Part shown: positions 18,691 to 28,772 of the stretch, in pieces
Position numbering within the stretch: position 1 is the stretch's first letter
Layout of the letters: the number at the start of each line of letters is the position of its first letter
NCBI GenBank assembly: GCA_963708025.1
Contig: CAVPSB010000014.1
Span: 448,001-512,000, forward strand
Source: an uncultured Candidatus Rokubacteria bacterium
GTDB lineage: Bacteria > Methylomirabilota > Methylomirabilia > Rokubacteriales > DASRDR01
DNA length: 64,000 nucleotides
Direction: 5' to 3'
Position numbers and translations under genes: made by a program
Notes under the pieces: model-generated
What the model was told of the DNA's origin: nothing
The model's database searches: none
The model's input: only the letters and a program-made list of their open reading frames with translations

Positions 18691-19063
18691 GAGCAGGTTG
18701 TCTCGGTGCTCCGGCCGGGGCGGCGCTCGGTCATCAGGTTGACCAGATCGTAACACAGCTTCCGTTCTTACGACGCCAGCCGTGGGCGCCGAGATTCCGG
18801 CCGCCGCCCCCCGGCGGGGCGGCCCCGACCGGCCCCGGCCGCCCGGCCGCGACCGGGCGCGGGGTCCGCGTGCTATCATTCCGCGGACCCATTCCGGAGA
18901 TGAGAGTGCGGTGCATTCGGAGGCTTCCGGCTCCCCCCTCACCCCGGTGACCACCGGAGGGCGGGACGTCGCGAGGGCCGCAGGCCCGAGCCGTCCCGGC
19001 GATCCGGTCAAACGGAGGGGGGCTGGGGGGGTGGGCGGGAGGTCCCGAATTGAGGTGCGCGCC

Positions 19064-19531
19064 ATGGCGCTGAAGAAGCTCGGCCACGTCGTGCTGAAGG
19101 TACGGGACCTCGATCGGTCGGAGGCGTTTTACACGGGCGTGGTCGGCCTCCGGGTGACCGGGTGCCTCCCCGGGCGGATGGTGTTCTTCGGCGTCCCGGG
19201 GAACGAGGACTCGCACGACCTGGCCCTCTGGAAGGTGGGACCCGACGCGGCCGCTGCCGAGCCGAAGCAGGTGGGGCTCTTCCACGTCGCCTGGCAGGTG
19301 GAGCGTCCGGAGGACCTCGAGCCGCTGTACCGGCACCTCCTCGCCATGGGGGTGGCGGTTCAGGGAACGATGGACCACGGCGCCAACCTGTCCATCTACT
19401 TCGAGGACCCGGACGGCAACATGCTCGAGTTCACGTACGAGCAACCCCGCCAGGCCTGGCCCCCGGGCCAGAACCCCTTCGCCGGCCGCGAGCCGCTTCC
19501 CTTCGAGGACGCCGGCCGGACCCGGCGGTAG
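19064..19531 (+). CDS. VOC/glyoxalase family protein
   Basis: LGHVVLKVRD, HVAW, SIYFEDPDGNMLE motifs. Confidence 0.88.
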   Translation: MALKKLGHVVLKVRDLDRSEAFYTGVVGLRVTGCLPGRMVFFGVPGNEDSHDLALWKVGPDAAAAEPKQVGLFHVAWQVERPEDLEPLYRHLLAMGVAVQGTMDHGANLSIYFEDPDGNMLEFTYEQPRQAWPPGQNPFAGREPLPFEDAGRTRR

Positions 19532-19545
19532 CACGCCGCGTCCCG

Positions 19546-20466
19546 ATGGAGCACGTCCGGTTCGTCCTCCCGTTCCACACGGTCTTCTACACGCCCCACT
19601 ACCTGGCGGTCGCGCTCGGGTGCTTCGCCGAGGAAGGCCTGGAGGCCGAGCAGGCAACGCCGGCCCCGCCCAACGGGGTGGCCCGCGCGCTGCTGGCCGG
19701 CGAGGCGGACGTGGGGCTCTCGGGTCCGATCCGGGCTCTCGGGGCCGTGGATCGCGGGGAGGGACGGCTCGTCTGCGTGGCGGAGATCAACAGCCGGGTC
19801 GGCTTCTTCCTGCTGGGGCATTCGGCGGCGCAGGACTTCGCGTGGCGGGACCTGGTCGGGCAGCGTGTTCTCGTCTTCGCCGAGGCGCCGACGCCACGGC
19901 TGTGTCTGGAGTACCTCCTGGAGCGGCACGGCATCCGGGTCGGCTCGGTGGACATGGTCGCCGACATGCCGGCCGCACAGGCGGTGGAGCGATTTCGCGC
20001 CGGGCGCGCGGACTATCTGCTTCAGGGCCAGCCGCTCACCGAGCGGCTCCTGACCAGCGGGCAGGCTCACGTGGCCGTCGCCCTTGGCCCGGCGCTCGGC
20101 CCGATGGCCTTCAGCGCCTACCTGGTGACGCCGCGGCTCATGTCCGAGCGGCCGCACGTCCTCGACGCCGTGCTCCGGGCGCTCTACCGGGCCCAGCGCT
20201 GGCTGCACCGCCACCAGCCGGACGAGATCGCTGCCCTGGTGGCGCCGGCCTTTCCTGGCGAGGAGCGGGCGGTGCTGACCGCCGCCATCCGGCGCTACCT
20301 GGCCGGCAAGACGTGGGCGGTCGACCCGATCCTGCGCCGGCCCGGCTTCGACGCCCTCCAGGAGGTGCTCTTGCTTCGCGGCTTCGTCAAGCGCAGTCAT
20401 CCGTACGATGCCGTCGTCGATGCCAGCCGGGCCGAGGCGGCGGTCCGGGCCGTCGGGGTGGCCTGA
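19546..20466 (+). CDS. NMT1/THI5-like ABC substrate-binding protein
   Basis: FYTPHYLAVALGCFAEEGLE motif. Confidence 0.75.
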   Translation: MEHVRFVLPFHTVFYTPHYLAVALGCFAEEGLEAEQATPAPPNGVARALLAGEADVGLSGPIRALGAVDRGEGRLVCVAEINSRVGFFLLGHSAAQDFAWRDLVGQRVLVFAEAPTPRLCLEYLLERHGIRVGSVDMVADMPAAQAVERFRAGRADYLLQGQPLTERLLTSGQAHVAVALGPALGPMAFSAYLVTPRLMSERPHVLDAVLRALYRAQRWLHRHQPDEIAALVAPAFPGEERAVLTAAIRRYLAGKTWAVDPILRRPGFDALQEVLLLRGFVKRSHPYDAVVDASRAEAAVRAVGVA

Positions 20467-20544
20467 CGCCCGCGTTACGGCAGAAAGCACGGCCGCCCAG
20501 CACGGACCGCTTTGGCGCTTCGAGGACCCTAGGGAGGGGATCCG

Positions 20545-21705
20545 ATGGAGTTCAGCCTCACGGAGGAGCAGCGCCAGTACCAGGCCCTCGTCCGCGACTT
20601 CGCCGAGAAGGAGGTCGCGCCGCACGTCCGGGAATATGACCGGGCGGAGCGGTATCCGGTTGAGATCCTCAAGAAGATGGCGGGCCTCGGCTTCGTCGGG
20701 GGCACGATCCCCGAGGAATACGGCGGCCCCGGCCTCGATCCCCTCACGATGGCGCTCGGGATCGAGGAGATGTCGCGGGTCTGCATCCACATGGGGTCGG
20801 CGATGGGGCGGGCGGCCGGACTGGTCGGCGCCGGCATCCTCCAGTTCGGCTCGGAGGCGCAGAAGCGCCGGTACCTGGTGCCGGTGGCGTGCGGCGAGGT
20901 CTTCGCCGGCACGGCGGTGACCGAGCCCCACTCGGGGACAGACGTCGCCGCCATGGAGACGACGGCCGTGCGGAAGGGCGACGCCTACGTGCTGAACGGC
21001 TCGAAGACCTGGATCTCCGGGGTCGGCCTCGCCGCCTGGTACCTGACGTTCGCGACACTCGACCGGGCGAAGGGGCCGAAGGGAATCTGCGCCTTCATCG
21101 TGGAGCGGGGCGTCCCCGGCTTCAGCGAGCGCCCGATCCGGAACAAGCTGGCGTTCCGGCCGACCCAGGTGGGGGAGCTGACCTTCGAGGACTGCCGGGT
21201 TCCGGTGGAGAACCGGGTGGGGGGCGAGGGCGACGGGCTCAAGGTCGCGCTGTGCGCCGTCGAGAACGGCCGCCTGTCGGTGGCCTGCCGCGCTGTGGGC
21301 CTGGCCCAGGCCTGCCTGGACGAGTCGGCGCGCTACGCCCGCCAGCGGGTCGTGGGCGGGAGGAAGATCGCGGAGTACCAGCTGGTCCAGGCCAAGATCG
21401 CCGACATGGTGCTGGGCATCGAGTCGGCGCGCTTCCTGACGTACCGGCTCGCGTGGCTGAGGAGCCGGGGGGTCAAGCGGGCCCGACGGGAGGCGTCGGT
21501 CGCCAAGCTGTACGCCACCGAGATGGCCTTTCGGGCCGCCTCCGACGCCGTGCAGATCCACGGCGCCTACGGCGCCTCCGACGAGTACAATGTCGGCCGC
21601 TACCTCCGCGACGCGAAGTTCCTCCAGGTGGTCGAGGGGACGAACGACATCCACCGCGTGCTGATCGGCGAGTATGCGCTGGGGCTTCGGGACGAGTCCC
21701 GATAG
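20545..21705 (+). CDS. Acyl-CoA dehydrogenase
   Basis: TEPHSGTD, LNGSKTWIS, QIHGAYG, EGTNDI motifs. Confidence 0.93.
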   Translation: MEFSLTEEQRQYQALVRDFAEKEVAPHVREYDRAERYPVEILKKMAGLGFVGGTIPEEYGGPGLDPLTMALGIEEMSRVCIHMGSAMGRAAGLVGAGILQFGSEAQKRRYLVPVACGEVFAGTAVTEPHSGTDVAAMETTAVRKGDAYVLNGSKTWISGVGLAAWYLTFATLDRAKGPKGICAFIVERGVPGFSERPIRNKLAFRPTQVGELTFEDCRVPVENRVGGEGDGLKVALCAVENGRLSVACRAVGLAQACLDESARYARQRVVGGRKIAEYQLVQAKIADMVLGIESARFLTYRLAWLRSRGVKRARREASVAKLYATEMAFRAASDAVQIHGAYGASDEYNVGRYLRDAKFLQVVEGTNDIHRVLIGEYALGLRDESR

Positions 21706-21761
21706 CGGTCAACCTGACCGGCGCCGGTGAGCTGGACCCAAACCGCTTACAGGAGGCGAGC

Positions 21762-22991
21762 ATGAACGGACCGTTGACCCGCCGCGATTTCCTCGGAGGC
21801 GTGGTGGCCGCCACCACCGCCACCCTCGGGTTCCCCGCCGTGGTCCGGGCCCAGGCCCGGGAGCTGAAGGTCGGTCACATCCACCCGCTCTCCGGCTTCC
21901 TGGCCTTCGACGGCGGGCTTGTCGTCAACGGGCTCACGCTGGCGGTCGAGGAGGTCAACGCGGGGGGCGGGATCAAGTCGATGAGCGGGGCCCGGCTCAC
22001 CCTGGTCGGCGGCGACACCCAGGGCAAGGTCGAGGTGGGGATGGCCGAGTCGGAGCGGCTGATCCGGGACGGCGTGGTGGCGCTCATGGGTCCGTACCAG
22101 AGCCCGGTCGCCTACGCGGTCTCGCAGCTCGCGGAGAAGGAGCGGACCCCGTTCGTCATCACGGTGGCGGTGGCCGACAACGTGACGGAACGCGGGTTCG
22201 AGTACACCTTCCGGGTCCAGCCCAACGCGAAGGCGATGACGACGCGGAGTCTCGACCACCTGGCCGATCTGGCGAAGGCGAGCGGCGTCCCGGTGAAGAC
22301 GATCGCCCTCATGCACGAGGACGGCCTGTTCGGGAGTTCGATCGCGGGGCACCTGGAGCGGCACGCCCGGACGCTCGGCATGGACCTTGTGCTCAAGGTG
22401 GCGTACAACTTCCGCACCCCGGATGTCACGACCGAGATCACCAAGATCAAGGCGGCCCGGCCGGACCTGGTGGTCGTGAGCGGGTACTTCGGGGACGGGC
22501 TGCTCATCGCGCGCACGGCGGCCGAGGCCCGGCTCGAGACACGCGCGGTCATGGGGATCGCCAACGGCGGCTTCTCCAACCCGAAGTTCCTGGCCGACCA
22601 GCCCCAGCTCGCCGACCTCGTCATGGACGGCAACTACTGGCACAACCCGCGCAGCGAGCGGGCCAGGCGGGTGATGGAGGCCTACCAGAAGCGCTTCGGC
22701 TCGCCGATGTCTTCCCACTCCGTCCAGTCGTATAGCGCTCTGATGGTCCTGCGGGACGCGCTGGAGCGGGCGGGGAGCCCGGACCGCGCGAAGATCCGGG
22801 AGGCGCTGGTCACGACCAGTCTGGGCGACCATATCCTCCCCCAGGGGCCGATCCAGTTCGACAAGACGGGAGAGAACGTCAACGCCCAGCCGGCGCTCCT
22901 CCAGAACCAGGGCGGCAAGACCCTGGTCGTCGGCCCTGCCGCGTACGCGGAGGGGAAGGCGGTGTTCCCCGTCCCGCGCTGGTCACGGTAG
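21762..22991 (+). CDS. Branched-chain amino-acid-type ABC substrate-binding protein (Tat)
   Basis: LTRRDFL signal; HPLSG..EEVNAGGG motif. Confidence 0.88.
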   Translation: MNGPLTRRDFLGGVVAATTATLGFPAVVRAQARELKVGHIHPLSGFLAFDGGLVVNGLTLAVEEVNAGGGIKSMSGARLTLVGGDTQGKVEVGMAESERLIRDGVVALMGPYQSPVAYAVSQLAEKERTPFVITVAVADNVTERGFEYTFRVQPNAKAMTTRSLDHLADLAKASGVPVKTIALMHEDGLFGSSIAGHLERHARTLGMDLVLKVAYNFRTPDVTTEITKIKAARPDLVVVSGYFGDGLLIARTAAEARLETRAVMGIANGGFSNPKFLADQPQLADLVMDGNYWHNPRSERARRVMEAYQKRFGSPMSSHSVQSYSALMVLRDALERAGSPDRAKIREALVTTSLGDHILPQGPIQFDKTGENVNAQPALLQNQGGKTLVVGPAAYAEGKAVFPVPRWSR

Positions 22992-23191
22992 CCCGGTCGT
23001 GCCGGTGGCGCTTCGGCGCATCCGGGCGGGCGGCGCGCTGGCCTCGCGGCAGGCGGGAGGCGCGCGGGGTCCTCTGGCTCTCCGGCTCCCCCCCGGCCAC
23101 AGGCCGAAGGCCGTCCATCGGTGGGGGAGGGGGCCAAAGGCCGAAGGCCGTTCGAGGGATCGGGTAGGCGGGAGGTCCCGAACTGAGGACG

Positions 23192-24049
23192 GTGCTGTGG
23201 CAGGCGTGCGTGTCGGGACTCCTGATCGGCGGGGTCTACGCGCTGGTCGCCCTCGGCCTCACCCTGATCTTCGGCGTCATGCGCATCATCAACTTCGCCC
23301 ACGGCACGCTGATGATGCTCGGCATGTACGCCACCTTCTTCCTCTACAGCCTGGGCGGCGTCGATCCCTACCTCTCGGTCCTGCTGGTGGGCCCGGCCTT
23401 CTTCCTGGCCGGCGTGGCCCTCGAGCGCGGCGTGATCGCGCCGAACCTCGCCGCGCCGGAGTCGAACCAGCTCCTGCTCACCCTCGGCGTCGCGCTCTGC
23501 CTGGAGAACGCGGCGCTCGTCCTCTTCAGCCCCGACTACCGGTCGATCCGGCTGCCCTGGGCCTCGCACGCCCTCTTCGTCGGTGAGGCGGTCGTCAACC
23601 TGCCGCGGCTGATCGCCTTCGGCTCCTCGGTCGCGCTCGCGGTGGGGCTCTGGCTGTTCCTCAAGCGAACCGACCTCGGCAAGGCGATCCGGGCGGCGGC
23701 CGAGGAGCGGGAGGGGGCCCTCCTCGTCGGCATCGACGTCCGGCGGATCTACGCGGTCGCGTTCGGGCTGGGCTCGGCGCTGGTGGCGGTCGCCGGGAGC
23801 CTCGTCACGCCCTTCCTCTACGTGGCCCCGGACGTCGGGGACGTCTTCAACATCCTCGCCTTCGTCACCGTCGTGCTGGGAGGCATGGGGAGCTTCGTCG
23901 GCGCCCTGCTCGGCGGGTTCCTGGTCGGCCTCGCCGAGTCGCTGGGGGCGGCCGTGCTGCCGGGCTCCCTCAAGCAGCTCCCCATCTTCGTGCTCTTCGT
24001 CCTCGTCCTGCTCTTCCGCCCGACCGGCCTGTTCGGCCGGCGTGTCTGA
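23192..24049 (+). CDS. livH: LivH-type ABC permease
   Basis: GLTLIFGVMRIINFAHG; VLGGMGS. Confidence 0.88.
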   Translation: MLWQACVSGLLIGGVYALVALGLTLIFGVMRIINFAHGTLMMLGMYATFFLYSLGGVDPYLSVLLVGPAFFLAGVALERGVIAPNLAAPESNQLLLTLGVALCLENAALVLFSPDYRSIRLPWASHALFVGEAVVNLPRLIAFGSSVALAVGLWLFLKRTDLGKAIRAAAEEREGALLVGIDVRRIYAVAFGLGSALVAVAGSLVTPFLYVAPDVGDVFNILAFVTVVLGGMGSFVGALLGGFLVGLAESLGAAVLPGSLKQLPIFVLFVLVLLFRPTGLFGRRV

Positions 24050-24095
24050 GGAAGCGACTGGGTGCTGGCGCCCGAGCAGTTCTCGAAGTAGCGGG

Positions 24096-25043
24096 ATGCG
24101 CCGGGGACGGACTCTCGCCTGGCTCGCCGCCGGGGCTCTCGCCATCGCCGCACCGCCGTTCGCCTCGGCCTACGTCGTCCACGTCCTGATCCTCGTCCTT
24201 TTCTACGCGTACCTGGGCACCGCCTGGAACATCCTGGGGGGCTACGCCGGCCAGTTCTCCTTCGGCCACGCCGCGTTCTTCGGGATCGGCGCCTACACCT
24301 CGACGCTCCTCCTCGCCCGCGCCGGCGTGAGCCCCTGGCTCGGCCTGTGGGCGGGTGGCCTCCTCGCCGCCGGCTTCGGCTGCTTCGCCGGTTACCTGGC
24401 CTTCCGTTACGGGCTGCGCGGCCCGTACTTCGCGCTGGTGACGCTCGCCTTCGCCGAGATGCTGCGGCTGATCGCCGTGAACTGGGCCGCCATCGGGGGG
24501 CCGATGGGCATCCTGATCCCGCTGCCGAAGGGCGGGGACGCGTGGTGGCGCCTCCAGTTCCGGGAGAAGCTGCCCTACTACTACGTGATGCTGGCGCTCG
24601 TCTCACTCGTGCTCTGGCTCACGCGCCGCCTCGAGCGCTCCCGCCTCGGCTACACGCTGGCGGCGATCCGGGAGAACGAGGATGCCGCCGAGGCCTCGGG
24701 CGTCGACACGGTGTCGGCCAAGCTGGTGGCGATGGCGCTCTCGTCGTTCCTGACGGCGCTCGGCGGGACCTTCTACGCCCAGTACTACTCGTTCATCGAC
24801 CCGACGCTCGCCTTCGGCGTCCCGGTGTCGGTGGAGATCCTCCTGCGGCCGATCGTCGGCGGCCCGGGGACGCTGCTGGGCCCGCTGCTGGGCTCGGTCG
24901 TGCTGACCCCGCTCTCCGAGCTGACGCGCTGGCTGATCCGGGGGCGGCCGGGGGTCGACGTCATGATCTACGGCGCGCTCCTGGTGCTGGTGATCACGTT
25001 CCTGCCTCGAGGTCTGGTGGGCCTGGGCCGGGGGCGCGGCTGA
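24096..25043 (+). CDS. livM: LivM-type ABC permease
   Basis: GYAGQFSFGHAAFFGIGAY; AIRENEDAA. Confidence 0.88.
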   Translation: MRRGRTLAWLAAGALAIAAPPFASAYVVHVLILVLFYAYLGTAWNILGGYAGQFSFGHAAFFGIGAYTSTLLLARAGVSPWLGLWAGGLLAAGFGCFAGYLAFRYGLRGPYFALVTLAFAEMLRLIAVNWAAIGGPMGILIPLPKGGDAWWRLQFREKLPYYYVMLALVSLVLWLTRRLERSRLGYTLAAIRENEDAAEASGVDTVSAKLVAMALSSFLTALGGTFYAQYYSFIDPTLAFGVPVSVEILLRPIVGGPGTLLGPLLGSVVLTPLSELTRWLIRGRPGVDVMIYGALLVLVITFLPRGLVGLGRGRG

Positions 25044-25046
25044 CCC

Positions 25047-25775
25047 GTGGCCCTGCTCGAGGTGCGCGGCGTCACGAAGCGGTTCGGCGGCCTGGCGGCG
25101 GTGTCCGGGCTGAGCTTCGACGTGGGGGATGGCGAGCTTCTCGGGATCATCGGGCCCAACGGGGCGGGGAAGACGACGCTGTTCCATCTCATCACCGGCT
25201 TCCACCGGCCGACCGCCGGCGAGATCCGCTTCGAGGGCCGGCCGATCACCGGCCTCCGCCCCTACGCCGTGTGTCGGCTCGGCATCGCCCGCACCTTCCA
25301 GATCGTCCAGCCGTTTCCCGGGCTCACGGTCCTCGCCAACGCGATGGTCGGGGCATTCAGCCGAACCCGGGAGCCGGCGGCGGCGGCGGCGGCGGCCCGC
25401 GAACTGCTCGGCGTGGTGGGGCTCACGGCCAAGGCCGGCCACGAGGCCCGGACCCTCACGCTCTCGGAGCGGAAGCGGCTCGAGGTGGCCCGCGCGCTGG
25501 CGACCCGGCCGCGGGTGCTGCTCCTCGACGAGGTGATGGCGGGGCTCACGGCGGCGGAGGTGTCCTCGATGATGGAGCTGTGTCGCCGGCTCCGGGGCGA
25601 GGGGCTCACGATCCTGGTGATCGAGCACGTGCTGCGGGCGGTCATGGCGCTCTCCGACCGCCTGGTCGTGCTGGACCACGGCGAGAAGATCGCCGAGGGG
25701 CCGCCGGACGCGGTGGCACAGGATCCCCGGGTGATCGAGGCATACCTCGGCACCGCGCGGCCCGAGAGCGCGTGA
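25047..25775 (+). CDS. livG: LivG-type ABC ATP-binding protein
   Basis: GPNGAGKTT; RTFQ; LLLDE. Confidence 0.9.
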   Translation: MALLEVRGVTKRFGGLAAVSGLSFDVGDGELLGIIGPNGAGKTTLFHLITGFHRPTAGEIRFEGRPITGLRPYAVCRLGIARTFQIVQPFPGLTVLANAMVGAFSRTREPAAAAAAARELLGVVGLTAKAGHEARTLTLSERKRLEVARALATRPRVLLLDEVMAGLTAAEVSSMMELCRRLRGEGLTILVIEHVLRAVMALSDRLVVLDHGEKIAEGPPDAVAQDPRVIEAYLGTARPESA

Positions 25776-25849
25776 ACGAATCGGCTTCGTCCGAAGCCCC
25801 CCTCCCCCCAGCCAAAGGCCGAAGGCCGTCGATCAACCGGGGAGGGGGG

Positions 25850-26581
25850 TTGGGGGGTAGGAGGGAGGTCCCGAATATCCTCGCCATCGAGGATCTCCGG
25901 GCCGGGTACGGCGACGTGGTGGTGCTGCGGGGCGCGTCGCTGGTGGTGGGGCCGCGCGAGATCGTCGCCCTGGTCGGCGCCAACGGCGCTGGCAAGACCA
26001 CGACGCTCCGGGCGGTCTCCGGCCTCGTCCGCCCCAGTGGTGGCGCGATCCGCTTCGAGGGGGAGCGCATCGAGACGCTGTCCCCGCACGAGATCGTGGG
26101 CCGCGGCCTCCTCCAGGTGCCCGAGGGCCGCAAGATCTTCCCGTCGCTGACGGTCGAGGAGAACCTGGACCTCGGCGCCTATGCGCGCGCGGCCAAGGCC
26201 GGGCGGGCCCAGACGCGGGCCCGGGTGTTCGATCTGTTTCCGATCCTGGCCGAGCGGCGACGGCAGGCCGCAGGAACGCTCTCAGGCGGCGAGCAGCAGA
26301 TGCTGGCGATCGGCCGGAGCCTGATGGGCGGGCCGCGCCTGCTCATGCTCGACGAGCCCTCCCTCGGCCTGGCCCCTCAGGTGGTCGATCGGATCTTCGA
26401 CGTCGTCCGGGCGATCAACGCCGACGGCGTCCCGATCCTGCTCGTCGAGCAGAACGTCCAGCGCTCGCTGGCGATCGCCGATCGAGCCTATGTGCTCGAG
26501 CAGGGGATCGTCGCCCTGTCGGGACCGGGCCGGGAGCTGCTCGAGCGGGACGAGGTCCGCAAAGCCTATCTCGGACTGTGA
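25850..26581 (+). CDS. livF: LivF-type ABC ATP-binding protein
   Basis: GANGAGKTT, LSGGEQQ, DEPSLGLAP; start is TTG 25850 inside a repeat element or GTG 25772. Confidence 0.88.
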   Translation: MGGRREVPNILAIEDLRAGYGDVVVLRGASLVVGPREIVALVGANGAGKTTTLRAVSGLVRPSGGAIRFEGERIETLSPHEIVGRGLLQVPEGRKIFPSLTVEENLDLGAYARAAKAGRAQTRARVFDLFPILAERRRQAAGTLSGGEQQMLAIGRSLMGGPRLLMLDEPSLGLAPQVVDRIFDVVRAINADGVPILLVEQNVQRSLAIADRAYVLEQGIVALSGPGRELLERDEVRKAYLGL

Positions 26582-26731
26582 GAGCGAGTGCGACTCAACC
26601 AGCTCGTCCGACATTTCTCCTCTGACGTTCACCGACCTTCGACAGCCTCCGACTCCCTCCGACTCCCCCTCCCCCCAGTGGGTGGGGGAGGGGGGTGGGG
26701 GGGGGAGGTGGGAGGTCTCAAAGGAGCGATC

Positions 26732-27601
26732 ATGCGACCGACCACGCGCCTCCGCCAGCTCCTGGCTCGCCCTCGGCTCCTCCTCGCCCCCGGCGCCTCT
26801 GACCCGCTCTCGGCCCGGGTCGTCGAGGAAGCCGGCTTCGAGGCGGTCTACGTGACCGGCTCCGGCGTCTCCGTCGGACACCTGGGGCTCCCCGACATCG
26901 GGCTGGCCACGATGACGGAGATGGTCGACCAGATCCGGCGGATCGCGGGCGCCGTGGCGATCCCGGTGGTCGCCGACGCCGACACCGGTTATGGCAACGC
27001 GCTGAACGTGCAGCGGACCGTGCGCGAGTACGAGGCGGCCGGGGTGGCTGGGCTCCACCTCGAGGACCAGGAGTTCCCGAAGCGCTGCGGCCACCTGGAG
27101 GGCAAGCGGGTCATCCCGGTGGAGACCATGGTGGCCCGGATCCGCGCCGCCTGCGAGGCTCGCCGCGACGACGATCTGGTCGTCATCGCGCGGACCGACG
27201 CCCGTGCGGTCCTCGGCCTGGACGCGGCGCTCCGCCGGGCCGAGGCGTACCGCGCGGCCGGGGCCGACGTGCTCTTCGTCGAGGCGCCGGTCGGGGAGGC
27301 GGAGGTCGAGGCGGTGGCGCGGGCGCTGGCCGGCGTGCCGCTCTTGATCAACCTGGGGGGCGGCGGCAAGACGCCCATGCTGCCGGCCGGTCGCCTGGAG
27401 GCGCTCGGGTTCCGCCTCGCGATTTACCCGGGGGACCTCCAGAAGGCCGCGATCCGCGCCATGCGGGAGGTGGCGCAGGCGCTCCGCCGCGACGGGACGA
27501 CCGCCGCGCTGGCCGATCGCATGGTTTCCTTCGAGGAGCGCTTCGAGCTGGTCGGGTTGAGCCGTTACCGCGAGGTCGAGGAGCGCTATCGGGAGCCCTG
27601 A
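26732..27601 (+). CDS. Isocitrate lyase/PEP mutase superfamily enzyme (PrpB-like)
   Basis: DADTGYG, EDQEFPKRCGH, ARTDA motifs. Confidence 0.9.
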   Translation: MRPTTRLRQLLARPRLLLAPGASDPLSARVVEEAGFEAVYVTGSGVSVGHLGLPDIGLATMTEMVDQIRRIAGAVAIPVVADADTGYGNALNVQRTVREYEAAGVAGLHLEDQEFPKRCGHLEGKRVIPVETMVARIRAACEARRDDDLVVIARTDARAVLGLDAALRRAEAYRAAGADVLFVEAPVGEAEVEAVARALAGVPLLINLGGGGKTPMLPAGRLEALGFRLAIYPGDLQKAAIRAMREVAQALRRDGTTAALADRMVSFEERFELVGLSRYREVEERYREP

Positions 27602-27656
27602 TGCCTCGCGCGGAGTGCCGCCGGCGGCGGCCCGTAACCCCGCTGGGAGAAATCGG

Positions 27657-27684
27657 TTGCCGACCCTTCCGGGCGTTCTATAAT
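27657..27684 (+). promoter_or_regulatory. Sigma70-type promoter for the MoxR operon
   Basis: TTGCCG-16 nt-TATAAT. Confidence 0.6.
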
Positions 27685-27728
27685 GGAACGACGAGATCCG
27701 ATCAAGTGCCCGGAACAGGAGGCGCGAG

Positions 27729-28740
27729 ATGACCGAGGAGCGGGTAGAGACCTTCGTTCGCGGCTACGAGCGGCTGAAGAGCGAGGTCCAGAAGGTCATC
27801 GTCGGGCACGAGGAGATCGTCGACCAGGTCCTGGTGTGTCTGTTCGCCGGGGGCCACGTCCTCCTCGAGGGCGTGCCCGGGCTGGGCAAGACCCTGCTGG
27901 TGCGAACCCTCGCCGGGTGCCTGGATCTCTCCTTCTCGCGGATCCAGTTCACGCCGGACCTGATGCCGGCCGACATCATCGGCACCAACATCATCGTCGA
28001 GAACACCGAGGGCCGGCGCCACTTCCAGTTCCAGCGGGGGCCCGATCTTCGCCCACATCGTCCTCGCCGACGAGATCAACCGCGCGACGCCCAAGACGCA
28101 GTCGGCGCTGCTGGAGGCGATGCAGGAGGGGAACGTCACCGTGGCCGGGGTCGGTCACCGGCTTCCGGCGCCCTTCTTCGTCCTGGCCACCCAGAACCCG
28201 ATCGAGATGGAAGGCACCTACCCGCTGCCGGAGGCCCAGCTCGACCGCTTCATCTTCAAGCTGAAGGTCCGCTATCCGGCGCTGGAAGAGCTGAACGAGA
28301 TCATCGACCGGACGACGCGGGTCCACGAGCCGGTGATCGAGCCGGTACTGACGGGGGACGAGGTGCTGTCCTTTCGGGAGCTGGTCCGGGAGGTGCCGAT
28401 CGCCACCCACGTGCGCAACTTCGCGTCGATGGCGGTGATGGCGACCCATCCCCAGTGGGAGGCGGCCCCGGAGATCACGCGTCGCTACCTCCGCTACGGC
28501 GCCAGCCCGCGGGCGGCGCAGGCCCTCGTTCTCGGCGGTAAGGTGCTTGCCCTGCGCTCGGGACGGTTCAACGTCTCCATCGAGGACCTGAAGGCGATCG
28601 CCTTGCCCGCGATGCGGCACCGGATCATCATGAACTTCGAGGGCGAGGCGGAGGGGATCGACGCGGATCGTCTGATCACGGAGGTCCTGGAGGCGGCGGA
28701 GGCGGCGACGCGCGAGGGCAAGGAGGTGTTCCTCCGCTAA
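27729..28740 (+). CDS. moxR: MoxR family AAA+ ATPase, one apparent frameshift near 28040
   Basis: GVPGLGKT, RIQFTPDLMPAD, then in the next frame LADEINRATPKTQSALLEAMQE, ATQNPIE, LPEAQLDRF; the shift falls in a GGGGGCCC run. Confidence 0.9.
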
Positions 28741-28772
28741 TCCCGGGTCGGGCAGCTCATCGAGGAGGCCCA

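Larger units (their letters stand above)
18921..26722 (+). repeat. Family of four dispersed C-rich/G-rich palindromic intergenic elements (approx. 18921-19050, 23075-23183, 25783-25876, 26655-26722)
   Basis: Each has a CCCCC..GGGGG stem and ends GGGAGGTCCCGAA (19037, 23170, 25863) or GGGAGGTCTCAAA (26710); AGGCCGAAGGCCGT occurs at 23101, 23138 and 25816. Confidence 0.65.

Noticed and set aside
28030-28050. Programmed frameshift in moxR (and in the VWA gene near 35320)
   Set aside because: No slippery heptamer or stimulatory structure; single-base indels in conserved genes are best explained as long-read errors.
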